From Eledone cirrhosa (Eukaryota), in assembly GCA_964016885.1 (NCBI GenBank), contig OZ024741.1:303800001-303864000 (forward strand): DNA of 64,000 bases, in the 5' to 3' direction. The notes beneath the pieces are model-generated. The model saw only the letters and a list, made by a program, of their open reading frames with translations, made no database searches and was not told the origin of the DNA. Of the stretch, positions 26,150 to 41,240 are shown one piece after another. The translations under genes and the position numbers were made by a program. Each line of letters opens with the position of its first letter. The first letter of the stretch is position 1.

Positions 26150-26800
26150 TTGTTTTCAGCTTTGTTGCACAGAACTACAACTTAGACTTCACTGTATGCT
26201 TGGATCGGTGCAGTTAAGCATATTTTGCTGAATTATGGATGAGTTTTGTAGACCAAGCTCCATGTTATTGGAGTACGTGCATGATCCCTGACTTTGTAGA
26301 CGAATTGGAAAAACAATGTGGACTTCACTTAGCCCTTAAAATAAATCAGGGTAGATGGTGATAATATTGGCTTTTCAGTGCATTTGCAGTGGGTCATGTG
26401 CAAGTCCTATTTGTATTCTCTATTTCAGCCTATATATCAAAGCTTTGGAAACGAAAGATCCTCTGAGTAAGCTGGTGGGAAGTATCTTGCAGTTACAAAT
26501 TGGTTATAGGAAAGAAATGTGTATAGGTGTGTGTTTTCAGGTGTGGCCTATGATCTGACAAGCATTGTTATATAGGCAGAAATAGCTGGTCTTAATATTA
26601 TTGGTGTTGAATAGTTTGTCATATTTGTCTATAATGGGAAATTTATTGACAATATTAGTAGCTATATTCATGTTGAACGTTGGGTCACCTTTCTTCTTGG
26701 TTTTGTCTATTACATATGTGGTGGAGTTCCCTGTGTAGCTCTTATAGCTAACACGTCTTTATATTAGGGATTCCACCTTGTTAAAGAAAAACTCCTGAGC
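26150..26800 (-). pseudogene. Old Penelope-like (Naiad-type) RT-thumb/GIY-YIG relic
   Basis: Reverse strand PTFNMNIATNIVNKFPIIDKYDKLFNTNNIKTSY, ICNCK...KALIY, LKSQYYHH aligns by eye with the 41746 and 59085 elements. Confidence 0.65.
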
Positions 26801-26984
26801 CAAAGTTAGTAATTTTGCAGCCATAATATGAATGAGAGTATCCGATCAAATCACAGACAGTGAAAGCTTTAACAGGATTGCCCACTATTGCTAGCTAAAA
26901 TGGTTTAGTGAGAAGCTAATAATAACTAAGTTACAGGTGACACTTAAAGAATTGCCATCATTGAAGTGATACATTCTATTGATG

Positions 26985-27130
26985 AACACACTGGCTAACA
27001 AAATAGAAAAGATTCTGGATTGTAACAAACCACGGAAACAGACAGGCTTCATGCGACTTTTCCATTAGTGACCATACATATATTAACCAATTAATTGAAA
27101 AGCACCAGAAGTACTATCTACCACTGTTTC
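26985..27130 (+). pseudogene. RTE-like reverse transcriptase fragment
   Basis: LANKIEKILDCNKPRKQTGFM...DH.YINQLIEKHQKYYLP. Confidence 0.55.
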
Positions 27131-27899
27131 GGAGTATTGCAACTACTCCCGCCTCTATTACATCCTGCAAGTGCTTTTACAAACTAAGAAATTACGGAAG
27201 TGGTGGTATTTCGTTGTAGCAGACGCATGTGATACCTTGACTGCAGCAACGAAAGCTTTGGCGTCTGTTTGTGGTTTCATGAAGTTCAAGTCTTAACCTG
27301 CAATGGGAGAGAAAATGGGGTGCAGAAAGTAACAACATATCATATTTTATTAAAACAAACACTTGTGCAACACTGAGTGCACTTTGCTAAAAGTGGGGAG
27401 TCATTAAACTAGTAACAGAGGAAATTATAAATAAGATAGTCATGGACAACAAACACGGTGGGTTTCAAATAAGATTTATGTGGAGCCCTGTGCATTTAAA
27501 TACACATGATCATATTTATACAATTGCATACATACAAAAACACGAATGTTCAGTGAACTTCCTGAACCCACCCTTTGACAGCGACAAAAATCCCACTCGT
27601 CAACAAACACACTGTGTGTGGCTGTTGGTTTTATCACCGATTATCCGAACATTAAGTGTGTGTGCACGTGTGTGTATTTGCATATGGGTGTGCGTGCGTG
27701 TGTGTGTGTGTATATATATACATATTGGTGTGTGTGTGCATGTGGGTGTGTTTGCCTGTGGGTGTGTAGTGTACTGTAACTTGGTAAAGAATATCCAAAA
27801 TTGTGAGTACACTCACTGAGGATCTGGGCACTGTCTCAGTGAAAATCTGAGTATACCGAAATAACACTAGATCATGTAATAAATATCTATATAAATATG

Positions 27900-28111
<212 letters not shown>

Positions 28112-28239
28112 CGTGTGTGTGCGTGCGTGTGTTATACATTAAATATACATATATACATATGCATATAAAATCAGGGTCTAGCAAATAGAGAAAAAGTTTT
28201 AAAATAAATTTTAAAAAATTCGCAGTACTTACTATATGT

Positions 28240-28321
28240 GCCTTTACCGCGGTTTCATGCTCCAGAATAAACGGAAAATCCAAGAGAATTTCCATTGAGA
28301 AGGGAGCAATCTTCAGAAGGC
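28240..28321 (-). ncRNA. Type I hammerhead with extended helix II
   Basis: Reverse complement GCCTT-CTGAAGA-T-TGCTCC...GGAGCA-T-GAAA-CCGCG-GTA-AAGGC; palindromic ACCGCGGT helix III. Confidence 0.8.
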
Positions 28322-28512
28322 TCTTCTCCCTCGGATAATATAAAATTCCCGAGTTCAAATCAGAAACTGACGCCATACAAAACCATTCCCAAAATGAGAG
28401 CAAATGATGAATGGAAGAAATAATTCTGTCTGGTGCCGTGTGCAAAGACAAAAAGCAGGGTGGACAGTTTGTGATTTGAACTCGGGAATTTTATATTCTC
28501 CGAGGGAGAAGA

Positions 28513-28594
28513 GCCTTCTGAAGATTGTTCCCTTCTCAATGAAAATCCGCTTGGATTTTACGTTTATTCTGGAGCATGAAACCGTGGTAAAGGC
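28513..28594 (+). ncRNA. Type I hammerhead with extended helix II
   Basis: GCCTT/AAGGC helix I, CTGAAGA 28518-24, GAAA 28578-81, predicted cleavage GUA after 28589. Confidence 0.8.
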
Positions 28595-29462
28595 ACATAT
28601 AGTAAGTACTGCGAATTTTTTTTAATTTATTTTAAATCTTTTTCTCTATTTGCTAGACCCTGATTTTATATGTTCTGGCTTGTTAATTTATTAACCCGCC
28701 ATAGAACCACATTGGCATACGGTTGGATAATACTTGTTCCCCTATATGTATTTTTTACACGTAGGAATTCATACTTTATTATTACATATCCATATATACA
28801 TATTTAAATAGATATTTATTACATATATATATATATACATATATATTTATACATATTTACATAGATATTTATTACACGATGTGTATGCATATATATATAT
28901 ATATAATATAAAAAGTCCAAGAGTCGGAGTCCAAGGGTAATCCAAGGGTAATCCGAGGGCAATCCAAGGGTAATCCGAGGTTAATCGAAGGGTAGTCCGA
29001 GTGAATAAATATATATATATATATATATGTCCAAAGGCTCTGATACCATCAACACTATAAACACAGAGCTGTCATATCTAAGAACTGACTAACTGCCTAA
29101 TGAGGTCATAGCCATTCAATGGCTATCATCAAAATATATATAGCAGTAAATAAAGGATTATGAGTTCATGCAATTGACTTATGTTTCGTAACTATATATA
29201 TACATATATATATTCAACGAAAAATATTTTTTGTTGGATCGACAATCTGAGGAGCAGATCGATGACAGAGTCGAGTCCATAATTTCTATGGATGACTCAG
29301 AGCTAATCATCTGTGAAACGTGCGTAACAGGTCGATATACAATAAAAGAAAAACTAAATACATGCGCACGGAACTGCATCGTTTTGCTTTATATATACAC
29401 TGTGCCTGTGCAATGACTACTTGTTATGGTACCTTTACCAGTAATTCACTGAATCACATACA

Positions 29463-29527
<65 letters not shown>

Positions 29528-29529
<2 letters not shown>

Positions 29530-29694
29530 GGCTTCTACAGGACTAGAGCTGTTTCATTCGAAGGAAATCATCAGGGCTTTCCTGATGATTTCCTTCGAAT
29601 GAAACAGTTCTAGTCCTGTAGAAGCCATATTATCTATATTAAATATCTATACTCTGCTATGCACTTACTGTGGTTACCTCCGATTGAACCCCCG

Positions 29695-29697
<3 letters not shown>
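29528..29697 (+). mobile_element. Palindromic mini-element (29528-29628) with HHR on both strands, plus tail
   Basis: GGCTTTC-CTGATGA-T-TTC(cttc)GAA-T-GAAA-CAG(ttctagtc)CTG-TA-GAAGCC at 29575-29626, mirrored upstream. Confidence 0.8.
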
Positions 29698-29765
<68 letters not shown>

Positions 29766-30066
29766 GGAAAATGTTTAACCCCGACGGCAGAGCTCAAGCC
29801 GTTTCGACGGTAGTTACATATAAGTGCATGTAATTATATCTACCTTTGCACATAAATATATGTGTACATGCATTTTCTCTTTTTTCTTTTTTATTTTGCG
29901 TGTATGTGTGCAAGTATGTCGTCAACGTAGTGCTGGAAATGAGGCGTGAGAATGAGCGAGAGGAAGGAGGGGGTCAGATAGTCGTAGAAAAGAGAAGCAA
30001 AGGAAAGAGAAATATATAAGAACAGGGAAATTGTATAGCAGAGTACTTATCTATCTATCTACCCAT

Positions 30067-30180
<114 letters not shown>

Positions 30181-30271
30181 CGTGTGTGTGTGTGTGTGTA
30201 CGCGTGTGTGTGCGTGTGTGTGTATGTGCATTCATACATACATATACATAAATATATACATATATATATAA

Positions 30272-30320
<49 letters not shown>

Positions 30321-32787
30321 TATACATGTACATACATATATACATACATACATAATACATACATACATACATATACATGGTGAGTAATAGAGAGGTGAAT
30401 ATAATAGTGAGAGAATGGAGAATACAGTAACTATATAAGGGAACACGTGCAAGAACAATGCAACAGCACGTTTAGTAATATAGAGCCGTTACGTGGCTGT
30501 AGTCTTGTTTTCTAAGGGACAATCTTTTCACCAGTGTCTCGGCTTAATGTAACGTTTGTTATTGTTGCATGCATTTTTGTGATTTTAGGCCAGCGTCTTG
30601 AGCGGTCGTTTGGGACTCAACGAATAATGGACGCCATTATCCTTTAACAACAGACGGACTGACAGAGGGAGAAAAATAAGCTTTATTTCTCTATTTGTAG
30701 TAGGGTGAATTGTTGGCTGGGAGAGAAAAGGTGAGTGAGTATTTCAAGTACGAGTGTAGCATGGATACAATTTGCGGTAATTTTTGACCTGTTTTATTTA
30801 ATTATAAGCTTTGTGTACTTTTCCAATGAGCAGACGACCGCAGAGTTGTTGGCGGATGATTTGTCTGTACGTAAGATGATCAGGCTAAACAGTGTGTTGG
30901 TTGGTGAATAAACGAGTTGTGAATGAGTTAAATTCTGTGGTCAGATCAACTAATCAGTGAAATGTTTTTTTTCTATTTTGTTTTCTTTTGTCCAAGTAAC
31001 AGTGTATGTGTATTAGTTTGTGTACATCTTCTGTGTTTCTGAATGTTTATATGTATTCTCACATGTTTGTGAATGGTTGTATATATACATATCTATATTT
31101 ATAAAGTGCATAAATGTATATGTACGTGCAAAATAAGGCAACTGACATTCTATCCATGTATTCGTGGCTAGAAAATATGGATTTAAATAGGAAATAGAAA
31201 GCCCAACTAACATCACAATTGTTCAAAACCAGACTTGTTACGAACAAACATGTACACAAATAAAAAGAAAAGGAAACTGTGATTGATTTTTTCCAATGCT
31301 TTTCAAAATCAGATATGTTCACAGTAGGTTAAATATGGCGATTAAAAGAATATATTTGAGGTTTAACTAATATTCTTTAGTTGGGCAAACAAAGGAGACA
31401 ATTTCAAACGTGTGTAACTTATTAGGTTTCATCAGGGGAAGTATGGCATTCACCTTTGCTTGCTAAAAATGTAGTAACTAGTTTGCAATATAGAATGCTC
31501 ATTAAATCATCAACAAATGGCACCGAAAAAATATCAGGACTTGATTGATCACTTCCTTTCCATGCTGGTCACCGTCGAGACATCTGGTGTCCTCGATCCA
31601 CGATCTGCCATTTACCGTCACAAAATTGGAAATAATGCATCCCGCCTGCAGAAGGAGCCCCATGAGGTATAGTGACTGATGCTTCTCCGAGGCAATGTCT
31701 TTGCCAACGTATTCACGGGACGCAGCTGAGACAGACCACATAAGACTGCAATGTAGAGTCTCCGCTCTCGTCCCCCTTTCCTTCATTTTGGCTATTTAAT
31801 GCTTTGGCTATTTAACGCTCTTCGTTGTAGCTAAATTATAAATTGATTCTTAATATCCTGTAAAAATGAAATGAATAAATAATTAAATTAATAGATAATT
31901 AAATTATAAAAGTGCACTGATTGCATAAATAAATTTAGCTAAATTGGAAATAACAATCAAGTCCACACTATGATTAATTAAATGTGGTTAGTGTCACATT
32001 ATATTATTAATTAATCTTATCTCCCTAATACTATTTAAAAACTATGATAAAGTATTCACTGTATGACTACAAAATACCCCGCAGAGAATAGCGGAAAGCT
32101 AATATACATAGCCAAGAACCACGAACGAATCAAAAGAATTGTTCTTTTATCACCCAAATAGAGAAAGGACCTTTAACACGCCATGGAGTCATAGGGACAA
32201 CGTCTGCCCGACGGCATGTCTTGGGCATTTTAAACTATCCTTCTCTAGGCTGGAGGGCGACCGATTTCTGCCAGACAAAGATGAAGAGAAAGAATCGACC
32301 GTATTACTGGACTGGTGCTATTTTATCTACCTCGAAAGGATGAAAGGCAAAGTCGACCTCAGCAGGGATTGAACTCAGAGCGCAGTCAACCGAAACGATT
32401 GCTGAGACATCCTTAATCCGATGCCCCAAACGACTCTGCCAATTCGCTTCCTTATCTACCAAAGAAGCCAACAAATATAAAACACGATTAGGCAACGATA
32501 GTTCTTATAACGGCGGATAGAATGCTTTGCGGTATTCGTTCCGGTTTTCTGCACTATCTAAGTTTAAATCCGGCAGACATCGACTTTGCTTTTCATCCTT
32601 TCGAGGTCGATAAAAGAAGTACCAGTCCAGTACTGAGGTCGATTCTATCTCTACATCTCTTTCTCACGTCTTTCTATCACTCTTTTTCCTTCTCTGGCAG
32701 CAATCTGTTGTGTCCAACCTGGAGAGATGGTCTCCGCCAGTTTTGAAAGACGGCCTCAGTTTGACTCCATCAGGATTTATGAATCCA

Positions 32788-33224
32788 TGCATACATACAA
32801 ACTTAGATACATCCATACATACATACAAACTTAGATCCATCCATCCATACATACATACAAAGATACATCCATACATACATACAAACTTAGATCCATCCAT
32901 CCATACATACATACAAACTTAGATACATCCATACATACATACAAACTTAGATCCATCCATCCATACATACATACAAAGATACATCCATACATACATACAA
33001 ACTTAGATCCATCCATCCATACATACATACAAACTTAGATACATCCATACATACATACAAACTTAGATCCATCCATCCATCCATACATACAAAGATACAT
33101 CCATACATACATAGATACATCCATCCATCCATACAACCATCCACCCACCCATCCATCCATACATCGATACATACATACATACATACATACATACATACAT
33201 ACATACATACATACATACATACAT
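32788..33224. repeat. (TACA)/(TCCA)-based ~30-bp minisatellite
   Basis: acatacatacaaacttagatccatccatccat units. Confidence 0.9.
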
Positions 33225-33480
33225 GATGGCTGCAAACTCTGTCAGATTGTAGAGTTTGGTGCATTTTTAGGCTATGGCCAGCCACGCGATGCTGCAACAT
33301 ATCCTGAACAAGCAATGCCGGTGCTTTGAAGGTTTTTTTTAAAGTGGGGAAAGGCCTTGCAGTCGACCAATCCCACTCTCAGAGCATCGAAAACACTACC
33401 CGGAAAGGAGAACTGGTCAACATCATCGGATGTTTCCGTAGACGCAGGTTTTTTTTTTTTCAGAGTTTCCCTTTCTTAGA
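33223..33480 (-). mobile_element. RTE-associated short element, 3' part, with (TATG)n tail
   Basis: Reverse complement ends gcagccatcat(gtat)n and contains gagagtgggattgg...cctttccccactttaaaa, shared with the 45593 and 52134 elements. Confidence 0.6.
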
Positions 33481-34222
33481 AGGGTGTTGTGAGAACAACG
33501 GGAGGTGGGGGGAGGGCTTTCATTCTCAGGTAAAAAAAAAATACATACAAGCTGTTCATGAGAGGTATATTCTGAACCCTCGGTGCTCCTTACTGTTGCC
33601 CACGACTCTCTTCCTACATTTCCTCTTTACTGTCGCTGTTACATATGACCGAGGAAGAAGTTCAACAAAATGTAGGGAGGGAGGGGTGTAGTCAATTAAA
33701 TGGATGTCAGTACTTTACTGGTACTTTATTTTATCGATACTGGAATGACGGTGGGGGCACTGGATGGCACGACCACCATGCTTCTAATTTTAACTAGTGC
33801 ACCCTCAAATTTAAAAAAATAGAGTTTATAATAAAGAAACACCCCGAAATACGTTCCTTACGAAAGAGTTCCCAGCCAGAATATTCTGAAGCCACTACTA
33901 CATCCACCCCACAACAATCTGGCGACGGACCAGTGGAAGGGTGAATGACAAAGTTAACTACGGTGGGATTTGAACTCCAGAACGTAAACTGTAGCAACTG
34001 AATACTTCAGGGAATTTTGTCTGATATTCGAACCTCATTAAACTGCTACGCTCGGATCCCAAATAACATTGGGGAGTGGAATAAGCTGAGGAGGGGACAT
34101 CGTCAATTTTTCTAGGTTGTCTCCCTTGATTTTTTAAAAACTAGAATTAGTTGTTTAGTTTACATATAGAGACCCTAACCCATTCTATTCATTTTATAAT
34201 ATATAGGATTTCTGGTAATGTA

Positions 34223-34390
34223 CCGGATTTCCCGGCGTCAAACACGCTACTTTTTTCCTAAAATAAGTCTCAAAAATCTACCATGCGCCCTGGAGGCTGA
34301 AGGTTGTTTATTATTCTTTTTCAATTTTTTGGTTATCAAAATTAGGGTGCGTCCTCGAGGACGAAGCGTCGTCGGCGCCGGGAAATACGG
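34223..34390. mobile_element. Tc1/mariner-superfamily (pogo/Tc2-like) MITE
   Basis: TA|CCGGATTTCCCGGCG ... CGCCGGGAAATACGG|TA: terminal inverted repeats with TA target duplication. Confidence 0.75.
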
Positions 34391-34733
34391 TAATTACTAG
34401 ATGAAAGGTATAGTTGACGTTGAAGGGATTTGAACTCAAAATGTAAAGAGCCAGAACAGTCACTGCAAATTATTTTCTCCGATGCTCTACCAATTCTTCC
34501 AATCTACGGTTTTCAAAGACTATAATATTGATTTATAATTTAGGCACAGGCCCAGAAAGAAGACTTTAATATTGACAACATCACGGGTCACTTGACACAT
34601 ATTTTGTTAGTACAAATTGGGTGGTTAAAGGAAGATAAAAGAAAAATAATTGAAAACGGAAGGTTTGAGTAATTACAAGAGCATTGTTTAGATTGAAAGA
34701 TATACATATATATATATATATACAGTATATATA

Positions 34734-34828
<95 letters not shown>

Positions 34829-35085
34829 TAGTAGTAACTATAATAGGAGGTATTGGTGTAGTGATCATTATGTGAGAGAGGTCGCCCGGGCAGACAAACA
34901 TAGAGAGATTGAAGCAGAGAGATTGGGGGGGGGGACCAATTAAGCAACAGCCCAGTTATTGTGGTGGGGGAAATGAAATATAAAGAATTAAAGGAAAAAG
35001 GAAGAGAACAAATAATATAACAAATGGGAAAGAAAGTATTTATTTAGATATTTGGGTAACACGTAGTGTGAAAAAAATGGTAGAT

Positions 35086-35175
<90 letters not shown>

Positions 35176-35228
35176 GAAGAAAAGGATAGATATATAGATG
35201 GGGAAGAGGAGAGGGAGAGAGAGAGAAC

Positions 35229-35345
<117 letters not shown>

Positions 35346-35429
35346 AGAGGTTAGACGGAGTGAACGACAGGGAGATAAATAAGAATATACATGTAAAATA
35401 GACTGAAAAATAAACACTAAATTGAAGAC

Positions 35430-35469
<40 letters not shown>

Positions 35470-35511
35470 CATATATATATCATATATATATATATATATA
35501 TATAGGGCGTT

Positions 35512-35588
<77 letters not shown>

Positions 35589-35707
35589 CTGTGTGTGTGT
35601 GTGTGTGTAAATAGGGCGTTCTTTTTCACACACCCTGTATATATATATTTTGAATCTAGCTGTCGAAACGGCCGGAGCTCAGCCGTCGGGGTCCTGACTC
35701 TTTTCCT

Positions 35708-35833
<126 letters not shown>

Positions 35834-36599
35834 AGGGGGCGATGAACTATCAAGTGAAGCGAGTGGCTAACCAGCAAGACAAACACACTGTGTTGCTTTT
35901 TACTGATTTAGAAAACACGATAGTAAGCATCTAAGAAGACATCAAGTGACGTGCATTATGCCGGTGCACGTGTGGAGTATATATATCCGGGAAATTTTGA
36001 AGTACGGAGAAAGAAATACTCATTTCATTGTTCAAAGAAGACCCCCGAAGCCACTAACATTGTCTTCTCTAAACACACAAACACAGGGCGGTGCCACTTA
36101 TTGTGTAACACATCATTGTGTAATGATATCACAAGCTTAACTAACCCACATCGTTTGCTATTAATGTCAGCAAGTGTATTTTTTCATTATTGCAGACGAC
36201 AAACATATCGCCGCATATTATTTAGCATTTACTGTCCTGTATTGAGATGTACAAACAACCTAACTCCTCTGCACTCTGTCTAACAATTTTCTATTCTCTC
36301 TACCTTTCTCAGCCTTTCTTTCTCTCTCACTCTATATTTTTTTTCCTTCTTCTTCTTCGCCCGTTTTTTTCTCAGCCTCACTTTCATATTTCTTAAATTT
36401 TGTTTTCAAATCCATATTTAATAAAAACACCATGTTTTTTTTTTATTCATTCTGACGACTGAAAACAGATCTAGCATCTGCTTTCAAGAAACTACTGGTA
36501 AATGAAATAATTATCTTATGTTGTTTATTACATAACTAATAAGCTCTGTAGCCTACATAGAGCACTCTTTTTTCCTGTACCTTCCCGACGGAATTACTT

Positions 36600-36672
<73 letters not shown>

Positions 36673-36679
36673 ACACGCG

Positions 36680-36728
<49 letters not shown>

Positions 36729-36789
36729 AAATGTATGAAATCCTTGGTACAGTTAGGTATATTTGAAAAAAGAAAAAGAATGACTTCAC

Positions 36790-36903
36790 TTGTAGTTCTA
36801 AACAATTTAATTTTATAATATTATAATTTTACAATTTTGTTTTGTAGATCCACAAAACCAAATTGTAAAATTATAATATTATAAAATTAAATTGTTTAGA
36901 ACT

Positions 36904-36907
<4 letters not shown>
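36790..36907. repeat. ~118-bp AT-rich near-perfect palindrome between (TA)n tracts
   Basis: ttgtagttctaaacaatttaattttataatattataattttacaattt...aaattgtaaaattataatattataaaattaaattgtttagaactacaa. Confidence 0.9.
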
Positions 36908-36963
<56 letters not shown>

Positions 36964-37080
36964 AAAAATTGAACAGGGACAGAACAGAGAGGCAGTACGA
37001 CAAATGTTTATTAGATTCACGCTCATATATTGTTATATATATATATATTGTTATACAAAAAAAAATTATATATATATATA

Positions 37081-37311
37081 TTAAAATGATTCTTATAGGA
37101 CTAGAACTATTTCATTCGTAAGAAATCATCAGGAAAGCACTTTCCTTGTGATTACTTATGATTGAAACAGTTCTAGTCCTGTTGAAGCTATTTCTATATT
37201 AAATTTTGTATATTTTGTATATACTCTATTAATGTATTGAGTACTTCACTTACATATGTTACACCCGATTGAACCCGGGACTCACATATCTTTTAGCACC
37301 TAACCGTGCCC

Positions 37312-37315
<4 letters not shown>
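37081..37315 (+). mobile_element. Palindromic HHR mini-element (degenerate) plus tail
   Basis: Same family as 29528; tail gtattgagtact...cccgattgaaccc. Confidence 0.7.
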
Positions 37316-37354
<39 letters not shown>

Positions 37355-37438
37355 ACAAAGGAATTGTGGTAAGGAACCAGATGGACCATAACGCACCAGA
37401 GTACTCAATACTTAGGGTAGTAGAGTGGGAAATAGGAA

Positions 37439-37471
<33 letters not shown>

Positions 37472-37482
37472 CATATATATTA

Positions 37483-38330
37483 AAGTGGCACAAAGTTTTC
37501 AAAGAGGGCCGAGAAAATGTTGAAGATGAACCTTGTTCTGAAAGGTCAATCTTCTCAATAAATGGACAAAATGTGGAAGTGGTACGAGTGGTGATGGCGA
37601 AAGATTGCCGATTGACTGAATGCAAAAGAAACTGGCTTGGATAAAAATGCTGTGCACAGAATTTGAATGGGCCATTTGCATATGCGATTGATTTGTGCAA
37701 AACTAGTGCTCAAACACTTGTCTGTGGAATAAAAAGCGAACCGGTTGGAAATTTGTCAGGATTTGCTAGGAAGACTCAAAATTGAGCCAAATTTCTGGAG
37801 AGGAATCACGGGTGTTCGAGTATGATCCAGAGACAAAAGGGCAAAGTGAGGAGTGGCACTCGAAATATTCTCCTCCTCCGAAGAAAGCACACTTGTAAAA
37901 ACTGATTATCGTTTTGTTTTGTTTTTTCGATAGCAAGGACAGTTAATCACACCTTCTGCAAAGATGTCTTGGAACGAGTCCGAAAGCGCATTGCAAGGGG
38001 TTGGGTACTGCACCACGATAACATACCTGCTCACACAGCACTTTCAATTAGAGAATTTCTGGCGAAGAAAAATATTTCCACACTTTCACATCCTCCCTAC
38101 AACTCAGATGTAGCTCCGTGTGATTTCTACCTCTTCTCTAAGTTGAAATCGAAGCTGAAGGGTCATCATTTTGGGACTGTGGAAAATATACAAATAATTG
38201 TAACTGATGAGCTAAGAACACTTAGAGAAAATGACTTCTGTTACTTCTACGATCCATGGAAAAAACGTTGGAACCACTGAGTGACTTCCCAAGGGTTGTA
38301 TTTTGAAGGAGATGACTTGAAATTTCATGT
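37483..38330 (+). pseudogene. mariner (DD34D) transposase relic
   Basis: KWHKVFKEGRENVEDEPCS, AKLVLKHLS, VFEYDPETKGQSEEW, LHHDNIPAH, HPPYNSDVAPCDFYLF. Confidence 0.92.
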
Positions 38331-40246
38331 CCATCTAATATACATTTAAATAAAACATCAGAACTCTTACAGATGATCGTGGTACTCCACGAGAAAGAAT
38401 TCAATGTTAAAACAGAGTATTATTATATAATTACATTTATTCATAATTTTACGAAATGACTACTGTGTTTCAGTGATACGTGTATTTGATGAAGTTTAAC
38501 GATTGCACACTTTGTTGAAACACCATGGCCATGTTATTATTATACAATACTCTGTTTTTAACATTGGGGTCTTTCTTATTTGTGGAATAGTACAATTACA
38601 AGATAGGCTTACTGTGTGTGTCTGCGTGTATGTGTGTGGGGGGGGGGCGTGTGTGTGTGTGCATGGAGAGAGAGAGGGGGGTTGAATATGCATGTATTTC
38701 CTCATTGAATCGAGAGGTTTTATATTGGTATAATGAGAAAGAACATTTACGATGTTTAATGTCGTAAAGATAAGCACCATAATCAACACTCCAACGTTGA
38801 ACCACATCACATGTATGTTTTTAGAGGAGTTCATCCGAACTATAGATCAATTGAAATGTTTTATGCCCATGTAAATCATAAGGTAACCTTTGTTTTGCTT
38901 TGCTTTTTGTTGTTTTTGTGTGTGTGTGTGTTTTGTGTAAAATATCGAATTACCAGCAACTACGAGATACACTTTATGTATACACATCCCACATACTAAG
39001 AGACCAGAACACATTTAGAGCTTTCATATCTTTCGGACCCTATAATCATTTCTAATTTAGGTACAAGGCCAGCAAATTTTAGGAAAGGACAAAGTTGATT
39101 AAATCAACCTCAGTGCTAGACTGGGACTTCATTTTATTCCTGAAAGACAAAATTGACTTCGGCGAGATTTGAAATCAAAATGTAAAGAACCACAACAAAT
39201 ATCTCAATAACATTTTCTCCGACGTTCTACCAATTCTACCAAGTTACCACCCTTTTGAGACCCAATATTGACCATCCAAATTGAATGACTTGAAATTCGA
39301 ACTTGGAGAATAAACTGTTGGAGTCCGACGCTCTAAGGATATCCATAATATTGATTTCTAATTTAGGCACAAGGCCAGTAATTTGGGGAAAAGAGAAAAG
39401 TCGTTTCAACCGACTCCTGATACTTAATTTATCGACTCCGGAAATTTGAAAGGCAAAGTTATATCGGGAGATTTTGAAATCAGAATGTAAAGAGCCAGAA
39501 TAAATATTGTGATGACATTTTCTCTGACACTACCAATTCTGGCAATTCTTACCAATTCTTACCAATTCTGCCAATCTACCACACTTTTGAGGTCCACATT
39601 GAGTGAGCTGAAATGCAGAAGAAACAAATTTAGTATTTACTAAAAAAAAAAATCAAATAGATAGAATATCCAACAGACCAATCAAAAGAAGTCGTTAACC
39701 CCTGACAGAGATGTTTGATGACATCAGTTTCGACTTTCGTTCCTGAGCTAAACTTACCATCATTTCGATAATATCGGTGACCAATGATATAAGGGTATGA
39801 ACTATACCAGAAGGATTAACGCATATGTGATTAATTACCTTCTTCTTCTTCTTCTTCTTCTTCTTCTTCTTCTTCTTCTTCTTCTTCTTCTTCTTCTTCT
39901 TCTTCTTCTTCTTCTTCTTCTATATATATATATATATATATATATATTTAAACAGTGAAAATTATGTGCCATTAAATTTAGTGTTGAATAATAACTATTG
40001 TCTGTTGAGTCAGTTAAGAATATTGAGCAACAAATTATGGCAATGTAACACTTCTTTTGACACAAACAACATTTTTCGACTATATTGTTCCTCTCCTCCA
40101 AGCAAGAAACTGTTCTAACTGGGTTAGGGTTACGCTATGTCATGTTGTAGGTCACAAATAAATTCTAAACGTTTAAAATAGTCCGAAACATACTCTGCAT
40201 GAGTATGTATACATTATGATTCAAAATTATCAATCGAATTTTCACC

Positions 40247-40292
<46 letters not shown>

Positions 40293-40959
40293 GTGAGGTT
40301 TTTTTCACAAAATGAAAAAATAACCGAGGTGTCCTACACGAGTGGAAGTATAAAGAAAAAGGGATGAAATCGAAAATGCAACTGAAGTCTTATTTTTTTT
40401 TTAAATATATATATTTATTTGGTTCCTTTACCGGTTTCGCAGTTCTTCTGCTTTTCAAAAGGTGAGTTGAGATGGAGGGTCTGTGGTTTTTCTCTATATA
40501 TATATATATAAATTCTACATTTTTTAGTGCCATCTACTGTGTTGAATCCAATTGTACCTTCGAATCCAATTGTACCTTCGTATTTTGCAGTGATGCTTAG
40601 TAACCCCAGCATGAACCTATTTGTTAGCTATCTCCAATCCCCCTATTATTTTTTTCTGTTTTTTTCTGGTTTTTTTCTGTTTTTTTTTCTGTTTTTTTTT
40701 TCTGTTTTTTTTTTCTGTTTTTTTTTTGTTTTTTTTTTTCCTGTTTTTTTTTTGTTTTTTTTTTTTTTTGTTTTGTTTTTTGTTTTTTGTTGTTTTTTTT
40801 CTGTTTTTTTTTCTTCTGTTTTTTTCTGGGTTTTTTTCTGTTTTCTTTTCCTGCTTTTTTTCTGTTTTTTTTTTCTGTTTTTTTTCTGTTTTTTTCTGTT
40901 GTTTTCTGATTGTTCGTGTGACTAAGTTATTGGGTAGGTTATACTCAATACGGTATTTG

Positions 40960-41010
40960 CTGAGCTCTGATGATTCCTATCTAAAGGTGAGGATGAAATA
41001 TTGTTAATGA
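40960..41010 (+). ncRNA. Hammerhead-like core (degenerate helices I and III)
   Basis: CTGATGA-T-TCCTATCT(aa)AGGTGAGGA-T-GAAA, followed by AATAAA and a tail to (TA)n. Confidence 0.45.
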
Positions 41011-41158
41011 ATAAAGACTGTTTGGGTATGTAAGCGTCCTTTGGTTTCTTTTGCATATAACGGCTCTGTCTATGTACATTGAGCTAACACAATACTGCAA
41101 TAATACAGTACGGTGAGTAGGTGTTTATGCACATACGCTCCGAACTTTACGTAAATAA

Positions 41159-41234
<76 letters not shown>

Positions 41235-41240
<6 letters not shown>

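Larger units (their letters stand above)
28162..28790 (+). mobile_element. Mini-PLE with ~200-bp inverted arms (28162-28362 / 28472-28672), each carrying an HHR
   Basis: Arms are near-perfect reverse complements; flanked by TA-rich tracts. Confidence 0.85.

Noticed and set aside
31393-31440. Minus-strand CTGATGA...GAAA hammerhead candidate
   Set aside because: Helices I and II cannot be formed convincingly.
31502-31786. GC-richer 94-aa ORF as a possible host exon
   Set aside because: No recognisable domain or clear splice sites; needs RNA-seq or homology search.
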